A stretch of 64,000 nt of DNA, taken from Isurus oxyrinchus. Its lineage: Eukaryota. The position numbers and the translations under genes were made by a program. The stretch spans positions 62,001 to 126,000 of the forward strand of contig JANJGN010000724.1 of the NCBI GenBank assembly GCA_026770705.1, given 5' to 3'. Under the pieces are notes generated by a model. That model had not been told where the DNA came from. It searched no databases and worked only from the letters and a program-made list of their open reading frames with translations. Of the stretch, positions 37,901 to 52,499 are shown in pieces (position 1 is the stretch's first letter; every line of letters starts with the position of its first letter).

Positions 37901-39563
37901 ATTTTGGTAAAAAGGTAGCCGTGTATCACCACCCACGGCCAGCGCCAACCCCCCCACCCCTACCTGATTGCACCAGTTTCAGATTACACCAGGTCAATGA
38001 ACGGATAGAAACTCAAACCAATGAGATGAGCACAGAGAAGGATCAAGCCAGAGAGAGTTGGTGGGAAGAATTGGGAAAGCAACAAAAAAGGCAGAGCGGA
38101 CACTAACACTATAACAAAGTAAAGACCAGAGGAGGAAGGAAGCAAGTGTGAAGAGGAATTGAGAGTAGAGCTGGTAGGCTGCTTGTCAAAGCCAAGGAAC
38201 CTCCATAGGGCACACCCACAGTGCTGTTGGGGAGGGTGATACATGATTTTGACCCAGGATCATCAAGTGTTGCACTGGCAGAGCCTTTAAAGTAAAGGGA
38301 CCTTTACTACCCATGCACCCCCCCGCCCTACAAAGCTGTTGACCTGCTGAGTCCACCTGTACAGGCAACCTCCAGACAGTTGGCTACAGAGGCCATTGCA
38401 GCTGCTGAATATGACTTCCAGTTTCAAACCCTTCATGAATGCAAGGATGGAGAATTCAGCAGGAATATTCCTGCACACCCTGTGGCAGATCCTGTAAATA
38501 AAAGGGACCTTCACTCACTCCCCAAAGCTGCTGACCTGCTGATTCACATCTACAGGCAACCTCCAAATAGTCAACTAGAGAAGACAACGCAGCTGCTAAA
38601 TGTGACTCCTAGTTTTAAACCCTTCACTCTGGAAAGAAGGAATCCAGAGCAATGGCCTCAGTATAATACTTGACAGAAACTGATTTTAACTCTCATCTCT
38701 AAGTATTATTTTTCCTTTGCTTACATTTTAATCCCTGCACCTGATGGCTTTATCGCTTCAACTTAAATATCTTTCAGCAGGAGCCAGGTTCAAATTGAAT
38801 GGACAAGCTGGCTTGGGAGGCCAAAAGGCCTACTCCTGCTTCTGTTTATTTATGTTGGTGTTGTTATGTAGTGGAACTAGAGAGGTTATAGCAGTTATGA
38901 GAACATTAAGCAAACAGCAGCAAGAATTGAACACCTACGTCGTGGTTTATGAAAAGGTTTTCAACCTGGTCAACTGGTAAAATCTGTTGAAAGTGGGCTA
39001 TCATGGCGTGTGCCCTTTGTGAGATATTTGTAACAACGTTCTCGATGTCGGAACAGCTTGCATTGAACAAAGCTGATCTTTACCCCGAACTTCAGAGGAA
39101 GGGGGGACAATTGTTCCCTGGTGTGGGGGGCATGGTGGGGGGGAGGGTGACGGGGAGACAAGTAGCCTGAAATACCAAGCCAGACACTTTGTGAAGACAA
39201 AAGTTGTTTATTCATTTTTTTTTACAAAGCACAATATTTACAATTAAAGTCCCGACAAGATAATGGTGAATCATGAACACATTGTCGGGGTGAATCTGTG
39301 CCCGGGAGCATAAAGCAGCAAAATCAGGAGCCCGCTTTACATCTCTCTGAATTTTAACTATCATTAACCCCAGTAACATCCATTCAAATGACTTAGTCAT
39401 AAGATTCCTCACACATTCACTTGCACACTCACGCACCCACACCCACACAGACACACTGACACACTCACTCATTCACATTGACACACACTGACACAGTCAC
39501 ACACACCCACACAGACACACTGACACACTCACTCATTCACATTGACACACACATATTGACAGT

Positions 39564-39595
<32 letters not shown>

Positions 39596-40504
39596 CATAA
39601 AGACAGACACAAACACAGTCACGTGAGGTGAATAGTGTCGATGTATTTAAGGGGAAGCTGGATAAACACACGAGGGAGAAATGAATAGAAGGATATGGTG
39701 ATGGGGTGAGATGGAGAAGGGGTGGGCGGAGACTCGTGTGGAGCAGAAACACCAGCATGGAGCAGATGGGCCGAATGGCTTCTTTCCCTGCTGTAAAACG
39801 CAGGTAAAGTTTCAGTTGGAATTAATGAACAGGGCCTGTGTGAAATAGATTGCTAAGCAGTAGATAAGGAGGGGAGAGGCTGTGGCATGGTGCAGGATGA
39901 CCTTGCGTGAATGAGGCCAGGGTCTAATATCTACAGCAGAGACCACAAGTCTCATTTGGTTCTCTCCAATTACAGCAGTTACAGCAGAATCTGCAGAGCT
40001 GCTGTCTGCTCATTCTCTTCTGGCGCTGCAGCAAGGAGCCCTGGAAAAGCAGGAGCACAATAGGTGAGAACATTCCGGAAAGAAAGAAGGCATCATTTCA
40101 ATCAGGCGCGTCATTGGAAGGAGGATGGCGCATTTCTCTAGCACCTTTCCCCTCCTCAGGATGGCCCAAAGTGTTCCACAGCTGATGGAAGGACTTTTTC
40201 TGAAGTGAGCTCACCGCTGTAATGTAGGAAATGCAGCAGGCAATTCACGCACAGCAAGATCCCACAAACAGAAATGTGATAATGGCCCCATTTTCAGTTT
40301 TTTACCAATGTCAGTTGAGGGATAAATGTTTGCCCCAGGAAAGTGGACATAACTCCACCCCATCCAGCCCCCACCACCCCCTCCACACATACCCCCCAAC
40401 TCCTGACGCACTTCATCTAAATTGTGGCCATGGAATCCTCTATGTCCACCTGAGAGGGCAGATTGGTTGCCCCAGTTTAATGTCTCATCTGAAAGACAGC
40501 GCCT

Positions 40505-40870
40505 TCAACAGTGCAGCACCCCCTCAGTACTGACTCTGACAATGCAGCACATCGTCAGTACTGACCCTCCAACAGTGCAGCACTCCCTCAAGACTGACCC
40601 TCTGACAATGCAACACTCCCTCAGTACTGACCCTCCGACTGTGCAACACTCCCTCAAAACTGACCCTCTGACAATGCAGCACTCCCTCAGTACTGACCCT
40701 CCGACTGTGCATTCCCCCGCCGGTACTGACCCTTCGACAGTGCAACACTCCCTCAAGACTGACCCTCTGACAATACAGCACTCCCTCAGTACTGACCCTC
40801 TGACAATGCAGCACTCCCTCAGTACTGACCCTCTGACAATGCAGCACACCCTCAATACTGACCCTCCGAT
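40505..40870 (+). repeat. 33-bp family minisatellite
   Basis: Tandem repeats. Confidence 0.92.
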
Positions 40871-41264
40871 AGCTCGGTAATTCCTAAATTACGCCTCGTG
40901 GTCCTTTTAACTCAGAGCTGAGAGTCGCAGAGAATCGAGCAGACACCCTGAACTGACTCTTGCAGTGCAATTACTGGGACCGCGCTGGTCATTATCATGC
41001 TGCTGTCTGTGGGATCTTACTGTGCGCCAATGGCTGATTCTTTTCCCACAGTACATCAGTGACCTCACATGAAAGAAAAAAAGCACTTGATTGTCTGCGA
41101 AACACTTTGGGACGTCCTGATGTGTTGGAAGGCGCTAGAGAAATGCAAGTCCTCTTTGTCTTTCACTCGATCCTCTAAGGTGTCTGTTGATTAACCAGCC
41201 TCTCGGTGTATGATGTAGGCCTGGTTATAAACAGTTAGAAGGATCAAATATCAAAAGTGCTTTG

Positions 41265-42620
41265 GCTGGAGGAGGTTACAGAGATAGGGAGGGCTGTAGA
41301 GGCTGTAGGAGGTTACAGAGAAAGGGAGGGTTGTAAGGGCTGTAGGAAGTTACAGAGATAGGGAGTGTTGTAGAGGCTGTAGGAGGTTACAGAGATAGGG
41401 AAAGTTGTAGGGGCTGGAGGAGGTTACAGAGATAGGGAGGGTTGTAGGGGCTGGAGGAGGTTACAGAAATAGGGAGGGTTGTAGGGGCTGGAGGAGGTTA
41501 CAGAGATAGGGAGGGTTGTAGGGGCTGGAGGAGGTTACAGAAATAGGGAGGGCTGTAGAGGCTGTAGGAGGTTACAGAGATAGGGAGGGTTGTAAGGGCT
41601 GTAGGAAGTTACAGAGATAGGGAGGGTTGTAGAGGCTGTAGGAGGTTACAGAGATGGGGGAGTTGTGGGGGCTGGAGGAGGTTACAGAGGTAGGGAGGTG
41701 TGTAGGGGCTGTAGGAGGTTACAGAGATGGGGTGGTTGTGGGGGCTGGAGGAGGTTACAGATGTAGGGAGGGTTGTAGAGGCTGGAGGAGGTTACCAAAA
41801 TAGACACTGCTGTAGGGGCCACAGTAGGTTACAGAGATAGGGAGAGTTATAGTGTGGAGAGGAGGTTATAGAGTTCAGGAGGATTGAAGGGGCTGGAGGA
41901 GGTTACAGTGATTGTGAGGGTTGTGGGGCCTGGAGGATTTTACAGAGATAGGGAGGGTTGTAGGGTCTGGAGCAGGTTACAGAGATAGGGAGGGTTGTAG
42001 GGTCTGGAGCAGGTTACAGAGATAGGGAGGGTTGTAGGGTCTGGAGCAGGTTACAGAGATAGGGAGGGTTGTAGGGTCTGGAGGAGGTTACAGTGATCGT
42101 GAGGGTTGTGGGGCCTGGGGGAGGTTACAGAGATAGGGAGTGTTGTGGGGACTGTAGGAGGTTACATAGATAGGGAGGGTTGTCGGGTCTGGAGGAGGTT
42201 ACAGAGATAGGGAGGGTTATAGGGACTGGAGGAGGTTACAGAGATAGGGAGGGTTGTAGAGACTGTAGGATGTTACAGAGATAGGGATTGTTGTAGGGGC
42301 TGGAGGATGTTACAGAGATAGGGAGGGTTGTAGGGGCTGGAGGAGGTTACAGAGATAGGGAGGGTTGTAGGGGCTGGAGGAGGTTACAGAGATAGGGAGG
42401 GTTGTACGGGCTGGAGGAGGTTACAGAGATAGGGAGTGTTGTAGGGGCTGGAGGAAGTTACAGAGATAGGGAGGGTAGTAGGGTCTGGAGGAGGTTACAG
42501 AGATAGGGAGGGTTGTAGGGGCTGGAGGAAGTTACAGAGATAGGGAGGGTTGTAGGGGCTGGAGGAGGTTACAGAGATAGGGAGGGTTGTAAGGCCTGGA
42601 GGAGGTTACAGAGATAGGGA
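41265..42620 (+). repeat. 37-bp purine-rich minisatellite (GGAGGAGGTTACAGAGATAGGGAGGGTTGTAGGGGCT)n
   Basis: About 36 tandem copies; short inverted array at ~45280-45530. Confidence 0.95.
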
Positions 42621-43589
42621 GTGGCTGAGGAGGGATTGAAAACAAGAATGAGAATTTCAGGGGAAATGACAGAAGGAAATGATGTTAAATTCATAGAGGG
42701 CGACAATATTAAAGGCACGAACATAATAATATCAAACTGCGGAAGAGACCAGTCTATCTGGGTGGTAGACGTAGAGTCATGTGCAAGAAACACCTCACCC
42801 AGAGGGACATCTCTTAGCTTAACCTCGACAAGGAGAAGAAGTGACTCAGCTGCAGGGAGAGCAGCAAAGTCAGAGTGAACAAGACAAGTCGCCATTTCAT
42901 CTGGGAGCTTCCCATCTCTGCCTGTCTCTTCTGATCTTCTGGCTCTGCTTTGATGCTTTGGTTTGTAACTAGAGGAGCTTCCTGCTCTTATACCTGAAAC
43001 ACTTGAAGGGGACAGCCGGGGGCGGGTTGCTGTGTGGTATCACACCCATTTCTGGATATTGCAGTGTCGATGTTCCCTGTCCCACTGGCCTGGGACCAGC
43101 AGTAAGGTCACTGGGACATTGACTGTCTGGCGCCGAGAACTATCAGTCCCTCCGCAACGCCCTTCACCTTGTGCAAATATGTGTTCATATTGATGCAACA
43201 CAACATAGCAAAAACATAGGGGCTGGTTCTTATGTCGGCAAATCAGGTGAAGCGCACGCCCCCTAACCCCTTACTCCTCTCATTGCTCCTCCTTCCTGCC
43301 AGACACTTACTATTTTACAAATTGTGTGCGTTGCTTTTATTTCGGACAAGGGGCCTCGAGGGGGAACTGATTTACGCTGAGGTTTAGTGGTTAACAGCCA
43401 TGTCATGTGTTGATCGGTCAGTGTTTACCATGTGGAGACTGTCTGTCACCAGCTTTGTTAATGGTTTATCCAGGAACATTGAAGGGCATGAACGTTCTTG
43501 CTTTGTATGGAACAAGTTACCAACTGGGTTCAGTCATCGACTCAGACTCACATCAACATAAACTGGCTTCTGACAGGTAAGTTTCTATT

Positions 43590-44190
43590 ACATAAGGGTA
43601 GGAGGAGGCCATTTGGCCCCTCGAGCCTGCTCCACCATTCAAAGAGTTCATGGCTGATCTGCAAACTAGCCCCATATGCCTTTGTCCCATCTCCTTTAAT
43701 ACCTTTGGATAACAAAAATCTATCAGTCTCACAGGTTTAAAATGAACAACTTGATCGTGCATCAGTTCCTGTTTGGGGAAGAGAGTTCCAAATTTCTCCC
43801 ACCCTTTGTACTTCCTAATTTAATTCCTTTTTAGGCTCTGACCCCGAGTCCCAGACTCCCCCCAACCAGGGGAAATGGTTTCTCTTTATCGCCCCCGATC
43901 TGTTCCCCTTAATATCATGCGAACATTCATCAAATCTCCTGCTTAACATTCTAACTTCCAGGGAATACAAGCCGAGTTTGTGTTTAATCTCTCCTTGTGA
44001 TTTAACCCTTGGAGTCCCGGTCTCATTCTGGTAAACTGACACTGCTCTCCCTCCGAGGTCAATATATCCTTCCTAAGGTGTGGGGCCCAGAATGTCTCAC
44101 AGTGACTCCAGGTGTGGTCTAGCCAGGGCTTTATGTAGACTGAAGCATGACCTCTGCCCCCTTATATTCTAATCCGTGAGATAGAAAGGG
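43590..44190 (-). mobile_element. CR1-type LINE 3' fragment
   Basis: HGLEYKGAEVMLQ and KLGLYSLEVR.L motifs in ORFs 44131..44370 and 43815..44042. Confidence 0.75.
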
Positions 44191-46199
44191 CAGAGTTCCA
44201 GAATTGTTGTGTTTATTCGACAACAGAATAACAGAGGAAGGTTTCCTCTCTGCCCTCTTCAGCCCCACTGGGAAGGTCAGGATGAGAAGGTTGGGCTGGG
44301 TCCCCTGTACTGGACACTCGCTGAATCTTCCAATGATAGTTCTGGGCTGGATTTCAAAACACATAGACAAGGATTCAGTGTTCCATCACATTCTGCCTTT
44401 GTCTCTTTTCCTCTCGTTCTCTTTCTCTACCATCCTCTCTCTCTATCTATCTATCTTTCTCCTCATTCTCTCCTGCTTCATCTCTATCACTTTCTTTCTA
44501 CTTCTTTGTGTGTCTCTGTCTGTTTCTCTCTCTCACTCTTTCTTTCCTTGTCCTTATCTCTTTCAGTGTCTCCCTCTTTCTCTCTCTCTCTCTCTCTCTA
44601 AATGTGCCCCTCTCTAACAGTTTGGCCCAGTACTCTTATTTCCCTGTTTTACTGGTGTTCCATTTGAAGGTATACAAGACCAGATCAGACCAGAATGTTT
44701 ATTTTCCAGTGTTTACTGTGTTTTTTTCATTCTGGGTGTCTCTCGACTCTGTCTGTCCCTCTCTGTCCTTTTATTTCATTCTTTCATGTGATGTGGACAT
44801 CACTGCCCAGGCCAGCATTTATTGCCCAACCCTAATTGCCCTTGTTCAGAGGCCACTTTTTAAAAGTCAACCACATTGCTGTGGGTCTAGAGTCACATGT
44901 AGGCCAGACCAGGTAAGGACAGCAGATTTCCCTCCCTAAAGGGCATTTGTGACCCAAATACAAGAATCGGCAATGGTTTCCTGGTCATCATCGGACTTTT
45001 AATTCCAGGTTTTTATTGAGTTCAAATTCCACCAACTGCTGTGGTGGGATTCTAACCAGGGTCCCAGGACCATTACACTGGGTCTCTGGATTACTGGTCC
45101 AGTGAAAATACCATCAGGCCAACACCTCCCCACTCTTCCCTTCCACCATCTTTCACACTTGTTCTGTCTCTCTCTCACTCTCCTTCTCTCTTCTCCCTCT
45201 CTCAGTCTCTCTCTGTCTCTCAATCTCTCTATCGCTCTCTATCTCCTGGAGGCTCTCTCTCTGACTGTCTCCCTCCCTATATCTGTAACCTCCTCTCTCT
45301 CTCCCTTTCCTCCAGCCCCTACAACCCTCCCTAAGGCAGCCTCCACCTGCCTCTACAATCCTCCCCATCTCTGTAACCACCTTCAACCCCTACACCCCTC
45401 CCTATATCTGTAACCACCTCCAACCCCCACAACCCTCCCCATCTCTGTAACCACCTTCAACCCCTACACCCCTCCCTATATCTGTAACCTCCTCCAGCCC
45501 CTGTAACCCTGTAACCCTCCCTATCTCTTGAAGGGTTCTCAAAATTCCCACATTTTCCATATCATCAAGAAGGATATCACTTTTGCACCTTTAAACTGCT
45601 GAGTTAAGTGGAAAACCCTGCAGACAGGAGGCTGGGGCCATGAAGGCCCAAAACCAGTTGTCTGCTGCACTTTGTGACAAGCCCCGAATAAGTCCAAGGT
45701 CTAGAACCCAGGGAGTGGGAGCGATTCAGACGGCTCAGAAGTCGCAGGTGAAGCTGACACACACCACCACACCCTACAAGGGGCAGAATGGCCTCCTCCT
45801 GTTCCTGTGTAATGGGCATCAGTGGCTGAATGGGCCTCGTCCTTTTTCTGTGTAACAGGCTCAATAGGGCTGAATGGGCCTCCTCCTGTTCTTGTGAAAC
45901 AGGCTCGAGGGGGCTGAATGGGCCTCCTCCAGTTCCTGTGTAACAGGCTTGAGGAGCTAAATGGGCCTCCTCCAGTTCCTGTGTAACAGACATCAGTGGC
46001 TGAATGGGCTTGCTCCTGTTCCTGTGTAACAGTCTTGAGGGGGCTGAATGGCCTCTTCCTGTATCTGTGTAATAGGCTCAATGGGCTGAATGGCCCCCTT
46101 CTGTTCCTGTGTAACAGTCTCGAGGGGGCTGAATGGCCCCCTCCTGTTCCTGTGTAACAGGCTCGACGGGCTGAATGGCCTCCTTCTGCACTGTAAACT

Positions 46200-47557
46200 T
46201 GTTGTGATACTGTAACTGCCTCTTTGGTTTCATTCAGCTGAATCTTCAGCTCTTCAGTCTCTTCCTTGTATCTCTTGCCTTCCTCCTGGAACATTGGACA
46301 TGGTTGGGTCTTCCCTGCCAACTGTTTCTTCAGTTTGCTCAGAGCGGCACAGAATTCGCTTTCTTTCTCTTCAGGATTTTCCAGTGGAACCAACTCTGAC
46401 CTGAGGGACACTTGCAGCCTGTGAGGATGCTTCAATTCTTCAAACTCATTCCGAGATACACTCTCATATTCCCCCAGCAACTCAGCAACTCCTCCAGTGA
46501 AACATTTCAGAGCAGCTGAGCTTGGTTTTCTGGAACCAGTCTCGGCCCAGAAGACTAGGGCCCTCACCTGTCGCTATGATCACTGGAAGCTGGGCTGTCT
46601 GCTGCCTGTAGGACACAGGTACTGGGATGAGGTCCTTTCCCTGTATGGATTCTCCAGTGTGTGTCTTCAGCTGATCCATTGTTTGCTCTAAATTCAGCGT
46701 CTGGGTTCCTTCATTTAGCTGTTTAAATGTGGGCTCTTCCACCACTGTGTCTGAGGCTCCCGTATCTGCCCCATTACTAGTGGCTGCCCATTCACTTGGG
46801 TTGTGATGGTTATAGGTTCAGTTTTTACCACTGTGACATTGGACAGGGAATAGACATCGGTATCAGCAGCTTCAGGCTCTGTGATATTATTCACTTCCAT
46901 CATGTTGGTGCACTGCCTGATGGGCTGTCTCGATTTCACCCTGCATTGCTTTATTACCCGCCCCTTTCTTGTGGCAGTGATGGCATTCTGCCCCCTTGAA
47001 CCTGCAGGTGTCCAGTACGTGCTCAATGCCCCCCACATCGAGAACAGGCCAACTTCGGAGTTGCTGCTGAAATACTCCCACGAAGCCTTTTAGTTTCTGG
47101 AGCGGCAGAGACTGTCTCTCGCTTGGCGGCTGTCTCTCTCTCTCTCTCTCTCTCTCCAGTTTGAGCCTCACGCCCGGTGGTTGGTTCCTGTCCCAGCTGA
47201 GGACTGGTGCCATGTTGTACATCCTGTAAATCCCGCCAGTCTCTCCCAGCACTTTCCATGCCTGGCGCTATTTCCATGGTGCGCTTCAAATCGATGTCGG
47301 CTTCTGCGAGTAAACGGCTCTGAATGGCGTTGGGGTGAACGACACAAACCAATCGGCCCCGCAACATGTCATTGAGTGTGTCTCCGAGGTCCCAGTGCTC
47401 AGTCACCTGCTTCCACTTCACTGTATAGGTTGCGATGGACTCTCCCGGGGCCCTTACTCTGGAGTTAAACTTAAACCTTTTCATTATTACCCACGGCTTC
47501 AGCTGAAAATACATCTTCATGAGGTCGACTAATTGGTGAAAAGATTTAGAATTGGGT
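46200..47557 (-). mobile_element. Degenerate Gypsy (K02A2.6-like) gag-protease fragment
   Basis: Gag RFKFNSRVRAPGESIATY...LNDMLRGRLVC, Zn knuckles CSRCGGH/CHHCHKKG, protease ADTGAS (~46750-46768) and GPSLLGRDW; frameshifted. Confidence 0.88.
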
Positions 47558-48713
47558 GTAATACACGTCACTGTCTTCAGCTCTGAGACTGTCAATCCTC
47601 ACCAAACAATTCTTCCCTTCCAAGTCGCCGATTATTTCAGCACGTCCCACGAATGTGGCCACCCCATAATTGGGATCTTTGGTGTATGTGATGGTATATT
47701 TCCATCTATACCAATATTTATACCAAGCTCCGTGCAGTGCTGTGTAAGAGTGGGAAGGCAAGTCAAAGCTACACGGAATAACCACACAAGAGCTGCTGAT
47801 AGCCCTCCGAGGTAGCGCCTTCATAGACCATCCCTCTGACGTCACTCCTGAAAGGCAACAAGGGAGGGGACTGAACATCAAAAAGCAGAATATTACTTCA
47901 ATGGAGAGAGTCTACAGAATGCGGTACAGAGGGATCTGGGTGTCCTTGTACATGAATCACAGAAAGTCAGCATTCAGGAACACCACGGAATGAGGAAGGC
48001 AAGTGGAATGTTGGCCTTTATTGCAAAGGGATGGAGTATAAAAGGAGGGGAGTCTTGCTACAACTGTACAGGGCGTTGGTGAGATTGTATCAGGAGCAGT
48101 GTGTACAGTTCTGGTCTCCTTACTTAGGGAGGGATAGACTCTGCATTGGAGGCAGTTCAGAGGAGGATCACTGGGCTGATTCCTGGGATGAAGGGGGTTT
48201 GTCTTATGAGGAAATGTTGAGCAGGTTGGGCCCTGTATCCATTGGAGTTTAGAAGAATGAGAGGTGATCTTATTGAAACATATAAGATTCTGAGGTGGTG
48301 GGGGGTTTGACAGGGTGGATGCTGAGGGGATGTTACCCCTTGTGGGGGAATCCTGTGAAGCAATAAGGATGTTTTACTGCATTAAAGGTGCTATATAAAT
48401 GCACTGTCATTCCTATTGAAACAAGCTCTCTGATGCACAAACAGAAAATGCTGGAAAAACTCAGCAGGTCTGACAGCATCTGTGGAGAGAGAAACAGAGT
48501 TGGTGTTTCGAGTCCGTATGAGGCTTTTTCTTTTGCTATAATCTCTGACTCGCTATTCACTCAATCTCTGTGTGATCACTAACCCTGTTCTCTAAAATTA
48601 AATGTTCACTTCCTCACTCCAGGAAAGAATCCAATTCCCTGAGTTCCGATCAGTAATGAATTTGTACCTTGCAGCAAGCTGATGAAGATCAATATCAGAC
48701 CGACCTCTCCCAT
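47558..48713 (-). pseudogene. Gene C: divergent MAG/Siglec-like gene remnant (leader 48713-48668 MGEVGLILIFISLLQ; V exon 47847-~47558, truncated)
   Basis: Leader CAAG|GTAC phase 1 joins tttcAG|GA VTSEGW...SCVVIPCSFDLP...HGAWY...FVGRAEIIGDLEGKNC...EDSDVYY, which then runs into Gypsy gag. Confidence 0.85.
47880..48350 (+). mobile_element. CR1-type LINE fragment in the gene C intron
   Basis: MEYKRRGVLLQLYRALVR...CVQFWSPY. Confidence 0.85.
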
Positions 48714-48977
48714 CTTCAGTTCCTCATCTAAATGGAAATGATAAAGACAGAGACTTTTTCAGAAATTGTCCCCAGTGTTTCTTCCTCAAACAACAACTTG
48801 TGTTTAAATGGCACCTTTCAGGGAATTAAACAGCCCCAGGGAATTATCTAATGTCAAGACAAGGAAGGAGAGATTGAGAAGGGACATCGCAAACCGATTC
48901 ACCAAACACAGCAAAAATTCATTGTTCCCTCACTCCCTGTGCTGGGTGTCCAGCTTTTTCTCTTAGTGAGTTAAGCC

Positions 48978-51440
48978 CTCACAATCTCTATCACACTCTT
49001 CTGCTCTATCTCTCTCTCTCACACACACACATTCTCTCTCTAACACTCACAATCTCTCTCTATCACACTCTTCTGCTCTATCTCTCTCTCTCACACACAG
49101 ACACGTTCTCTCTCTAACACTCACAATCTCTCTCTATCACACTCTTCTGCTCTATCTCTCTCTCTCTCTCTCACACAAACATTCTCGCTCTTATACTCAC
49201 AAAATTTTTCTCTATCACACTCTTCTGCTCTATCTCTCTCTCTCTCTCACACACACATTCTCTCTCTAACACTCACAATCTCTCTCTATCACACTCTTCT
49301 GCTCTATCTCTCTCACACACACACACAATCTCTCTCTAACACTCACAATCTCTCTCTCTATCACACTCTTCTGCTCTATCTCTCTCACACACACACACAT
49401 TCTCTCTCTAACACTCACAATCTCTCTCTCTATCACACTCTTCTGCTCTATCTCTCTCTCACACACACACATTCTCTCTCTAACACTCACAATCTCTCTC
49501 TATCGCACTCTTCTGCTCTATCTCTCTCTCTATCACACACACACCTTCTCTCTCTAACACTCACAATCTCTCTCTATCACACTCTTTGCTCTATCTCTCT
49601 CTCTCACACACACACACATTCTCTCTCTAACACTCACAATCTCTCTCTATCACACTCTTCTGCTCTATCTCTCTCTCTCACACACAGACACGTTCTCTCT
49701 CTAACACTCACAATCTCTCTCTATCACACTCTTCTGCTCTATCTCTCTCTCTCTCTCACACACACATTCTCGCTCTTATACTCACAAAATTTTTCTCTAT
49801 CACACTCTTCTGCTCTATCTCTCTCTCTCTCTCACACACACATTCTCTCTCTAACACTCACAATCTCTCTCTATCGCACTCTTCTGCTCTATCTCTCTCT
49901 CTCTCTCTCACACACACATTCTCTCTCTAACAATCACAATCTCTCTCTATCACACTCTTCTGCTCTATCTCTCTCACACACACACACATTCTCTCTCTAA
50001 CACTCACAATCTCTCTCTCTATCACACTCTTCTGCTCTATCTCTCTCACACACACACACATTCTCTCTCTAACACTCACAATCTCTCTCTCTATCACACT
50101 CTTCTGCTCTATCTCTCTCTCACACACACACATTCTCTCTCTAACACTCACAATCTCTCTCTATCGCACTCTTCTGCTCTATCTCTCTCACACACACACA
50201 CACATTCTCTCTCTCACACTCACAATCTCTCTCTCTATCACACTCTTCTGCTCTATCTCTCTCTCACACACACACACATTCTCTCTCTAACACTCACAAT
50301 CTCTCTCTATCGCACTCTTCTGCTCTATCTCTCTCTCTATCACACACACACCTTCTCTCTCTAACACTCACAATCTCTCTCTATCACACTCTTCTGCTCT
50401 ATCTCTCTCTCTCACACACACACACATTCTCTCTCTAACACTCACAATCTCTCTCTATCACACTCTTCTGCTCTATCTCTCTCTCTCTCTCACACACACA
50501 TTCTCTCTCTAACACTCACAATCTCTCTCTATCACACTCTTCTGCTCTATCTCTCTCTCACACACACACACATTCTCTCTCTAACACTCACAATCTCTAT
50601 CTCACTCTTCTGCTCTATCTCTCTCTCTCTCACACACACACATTCTCTCTCTAACACTCACAATCTCTCTCTATCACACTCTTCTGCTCTATCTCTCTCT
50701 CACACACACACATTCTCTCTCTAACACTCACAATCTCTCTCTATCACACTCTTCTGCTCTATCTCTCTCTCACACACACACATTCTCTCTCTAACACTCA
50801 CAATCTCTCTCTATCACACTCTTCTGCTCTATCTCTCTCTCACACACACACACATTCTCTCTCTAACACTCACAATCTCTATCTCACTCTTCTGCTCTAT
50901 CTCTCTCTCTCTCACACACACACATTCTCTCTCTAACACTCACAATCTCTCTCTATCACACTCTTCTGCTCTATCTCTCTCTCACACACACACATTCTCT
51001 CTCTAACACTCACAATCTCTCTCTATCACACTCTTCTGCTCTATCTCTCTCTCACACACACACATTCTCTCTCTAACACTCACAATCTCTCTCTATCACA
51101 CTCTTCTGCTCTATCTCTCTCTCACACACACACATTCTCTCTCTAACACTCACAATCTCTCTCTATCACACTCCTGTGCTCTATCTCTCTCTCTATCACA
51201 CACACATTCTCTCTCTAACACTCACAATCTCTCTCTATCACACTCTTCTGCTCTATCTCTCTCTCACACACACACATTCTCTCTCTAACACTCACAATCT
51301 CTCTCTATCACACTCTTCTGCTCTATCTCTCTCTCTCACACACACACACATTCTCTCTCTAACACTCACAATCTCTCTCTATCACACTCTTCTGCTCTAT
51401 CTCTCTCTCTCACACACACACACATTCTCTCTCTCTCAAA
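48978..51440 (+). repeat. Compound ~62-70-bp CT/CA-rich minisatellite
   Basis: CTCACAAT(CT)nATCACACTCTTCTGCTCTAT(CT)n(CA)nTTCTCTCTCTAACA units; followed by CA/CT microsatellites and N gaps to ~52430. Confidence 0.95.
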
Positions 51441-52499
51441 CATTTACCATCTCTCTCTATCTTTCTCTTCTGCTGTCTCCCTCTTTCTCACTCTCATGCA
51501 CTCTCTCCCTCACACACACAGAATCTCCCTCACACACACACCCTCCCTCACACACACACGCACTCTCNNNNNNNNNNNNNNNNNNNNNNNNNNNNNNNNN
51601 NNNNNNNNNNNNNNNNNNNNNNNNNNNNNNNNNNNNNNNNNNNNNNNNNNNNNNNNNNNNNNNNNNNNNNNNNNNNNNNNNNNNNNNNNNNNNNNNNNNN
51701 NNNNCTCCCTCACACACACATACTCTCCCTCACACACACACACTCTCTCCCTCACACACAGAATCTCTCTCACACACACACACTCTCCCTCACACACACA
51801 TCCTCCCTCACACACACACACACTCTCTCTGATACGCACAATCTCTCCCTCACACACACAGAATCTCTCTCACACACGCACACTCTCCCTCANNNNNNNN
51901 NNNNNNNNNNNNNNNNNNNNNNNNNNNNNNNNNNNNNNNNNNNNNNNNNNNNNNNNNNNNNNNNNNNNNNNNNNNNNNNNNNNNNNNNNNNNNNNNNNNN
52001 NNNNNNNNNNNNNNNNNNNNNNNNNNNNNNNNNNNNNNNNNNNNNNNNNNNNNNNNNNNNNNNNNNNNNNNNNNNNNNNNNNNNNNNNNNNNNNNNNNNN
52101 NNNNNNNNNNNNNNNNNNNNNNNNNNNNNNNNNNNNNNNNNNNNNNNNNNNNNNNNNNNNNNNNNNNNNNNNNNNNNNNNNNNNNNNNNNNNNNNNNNNN
52201 NNNNNACACACTCTCTCCCNNNNNNNNNNNNNNNNNNNNNNNNNNNNNNNNNNNNNNNNNNNNNNNNNNNNNNNNNNNNNNNNNNNNNNNNNNNNNNNNN
52301 NNNNNNNNNNNNNNNNNNNNNNNNNNNNNNNNNNNNNNNNNNNNNNNNNGTACACACTCTTTCTAATTCTTTTTCTCTCTCACAGACTCTCTCTGTCTCT
52401 CTCGCTCTCTCTCTCTCTCAGACACACTCTCTCTAATACGGAAGGTTGTGGTTTTAAGACGTGCTCATGATTTCTGCTCAAAACCCAGGCAGATTCTCC

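Noticed and set aside
42985-43200. Possible remainder of the gene C V exon on the minus strand (…GTTTCAG|GTATAAG)
   Set aside because: No FR/G-strand Ig motif in any frame read by eye
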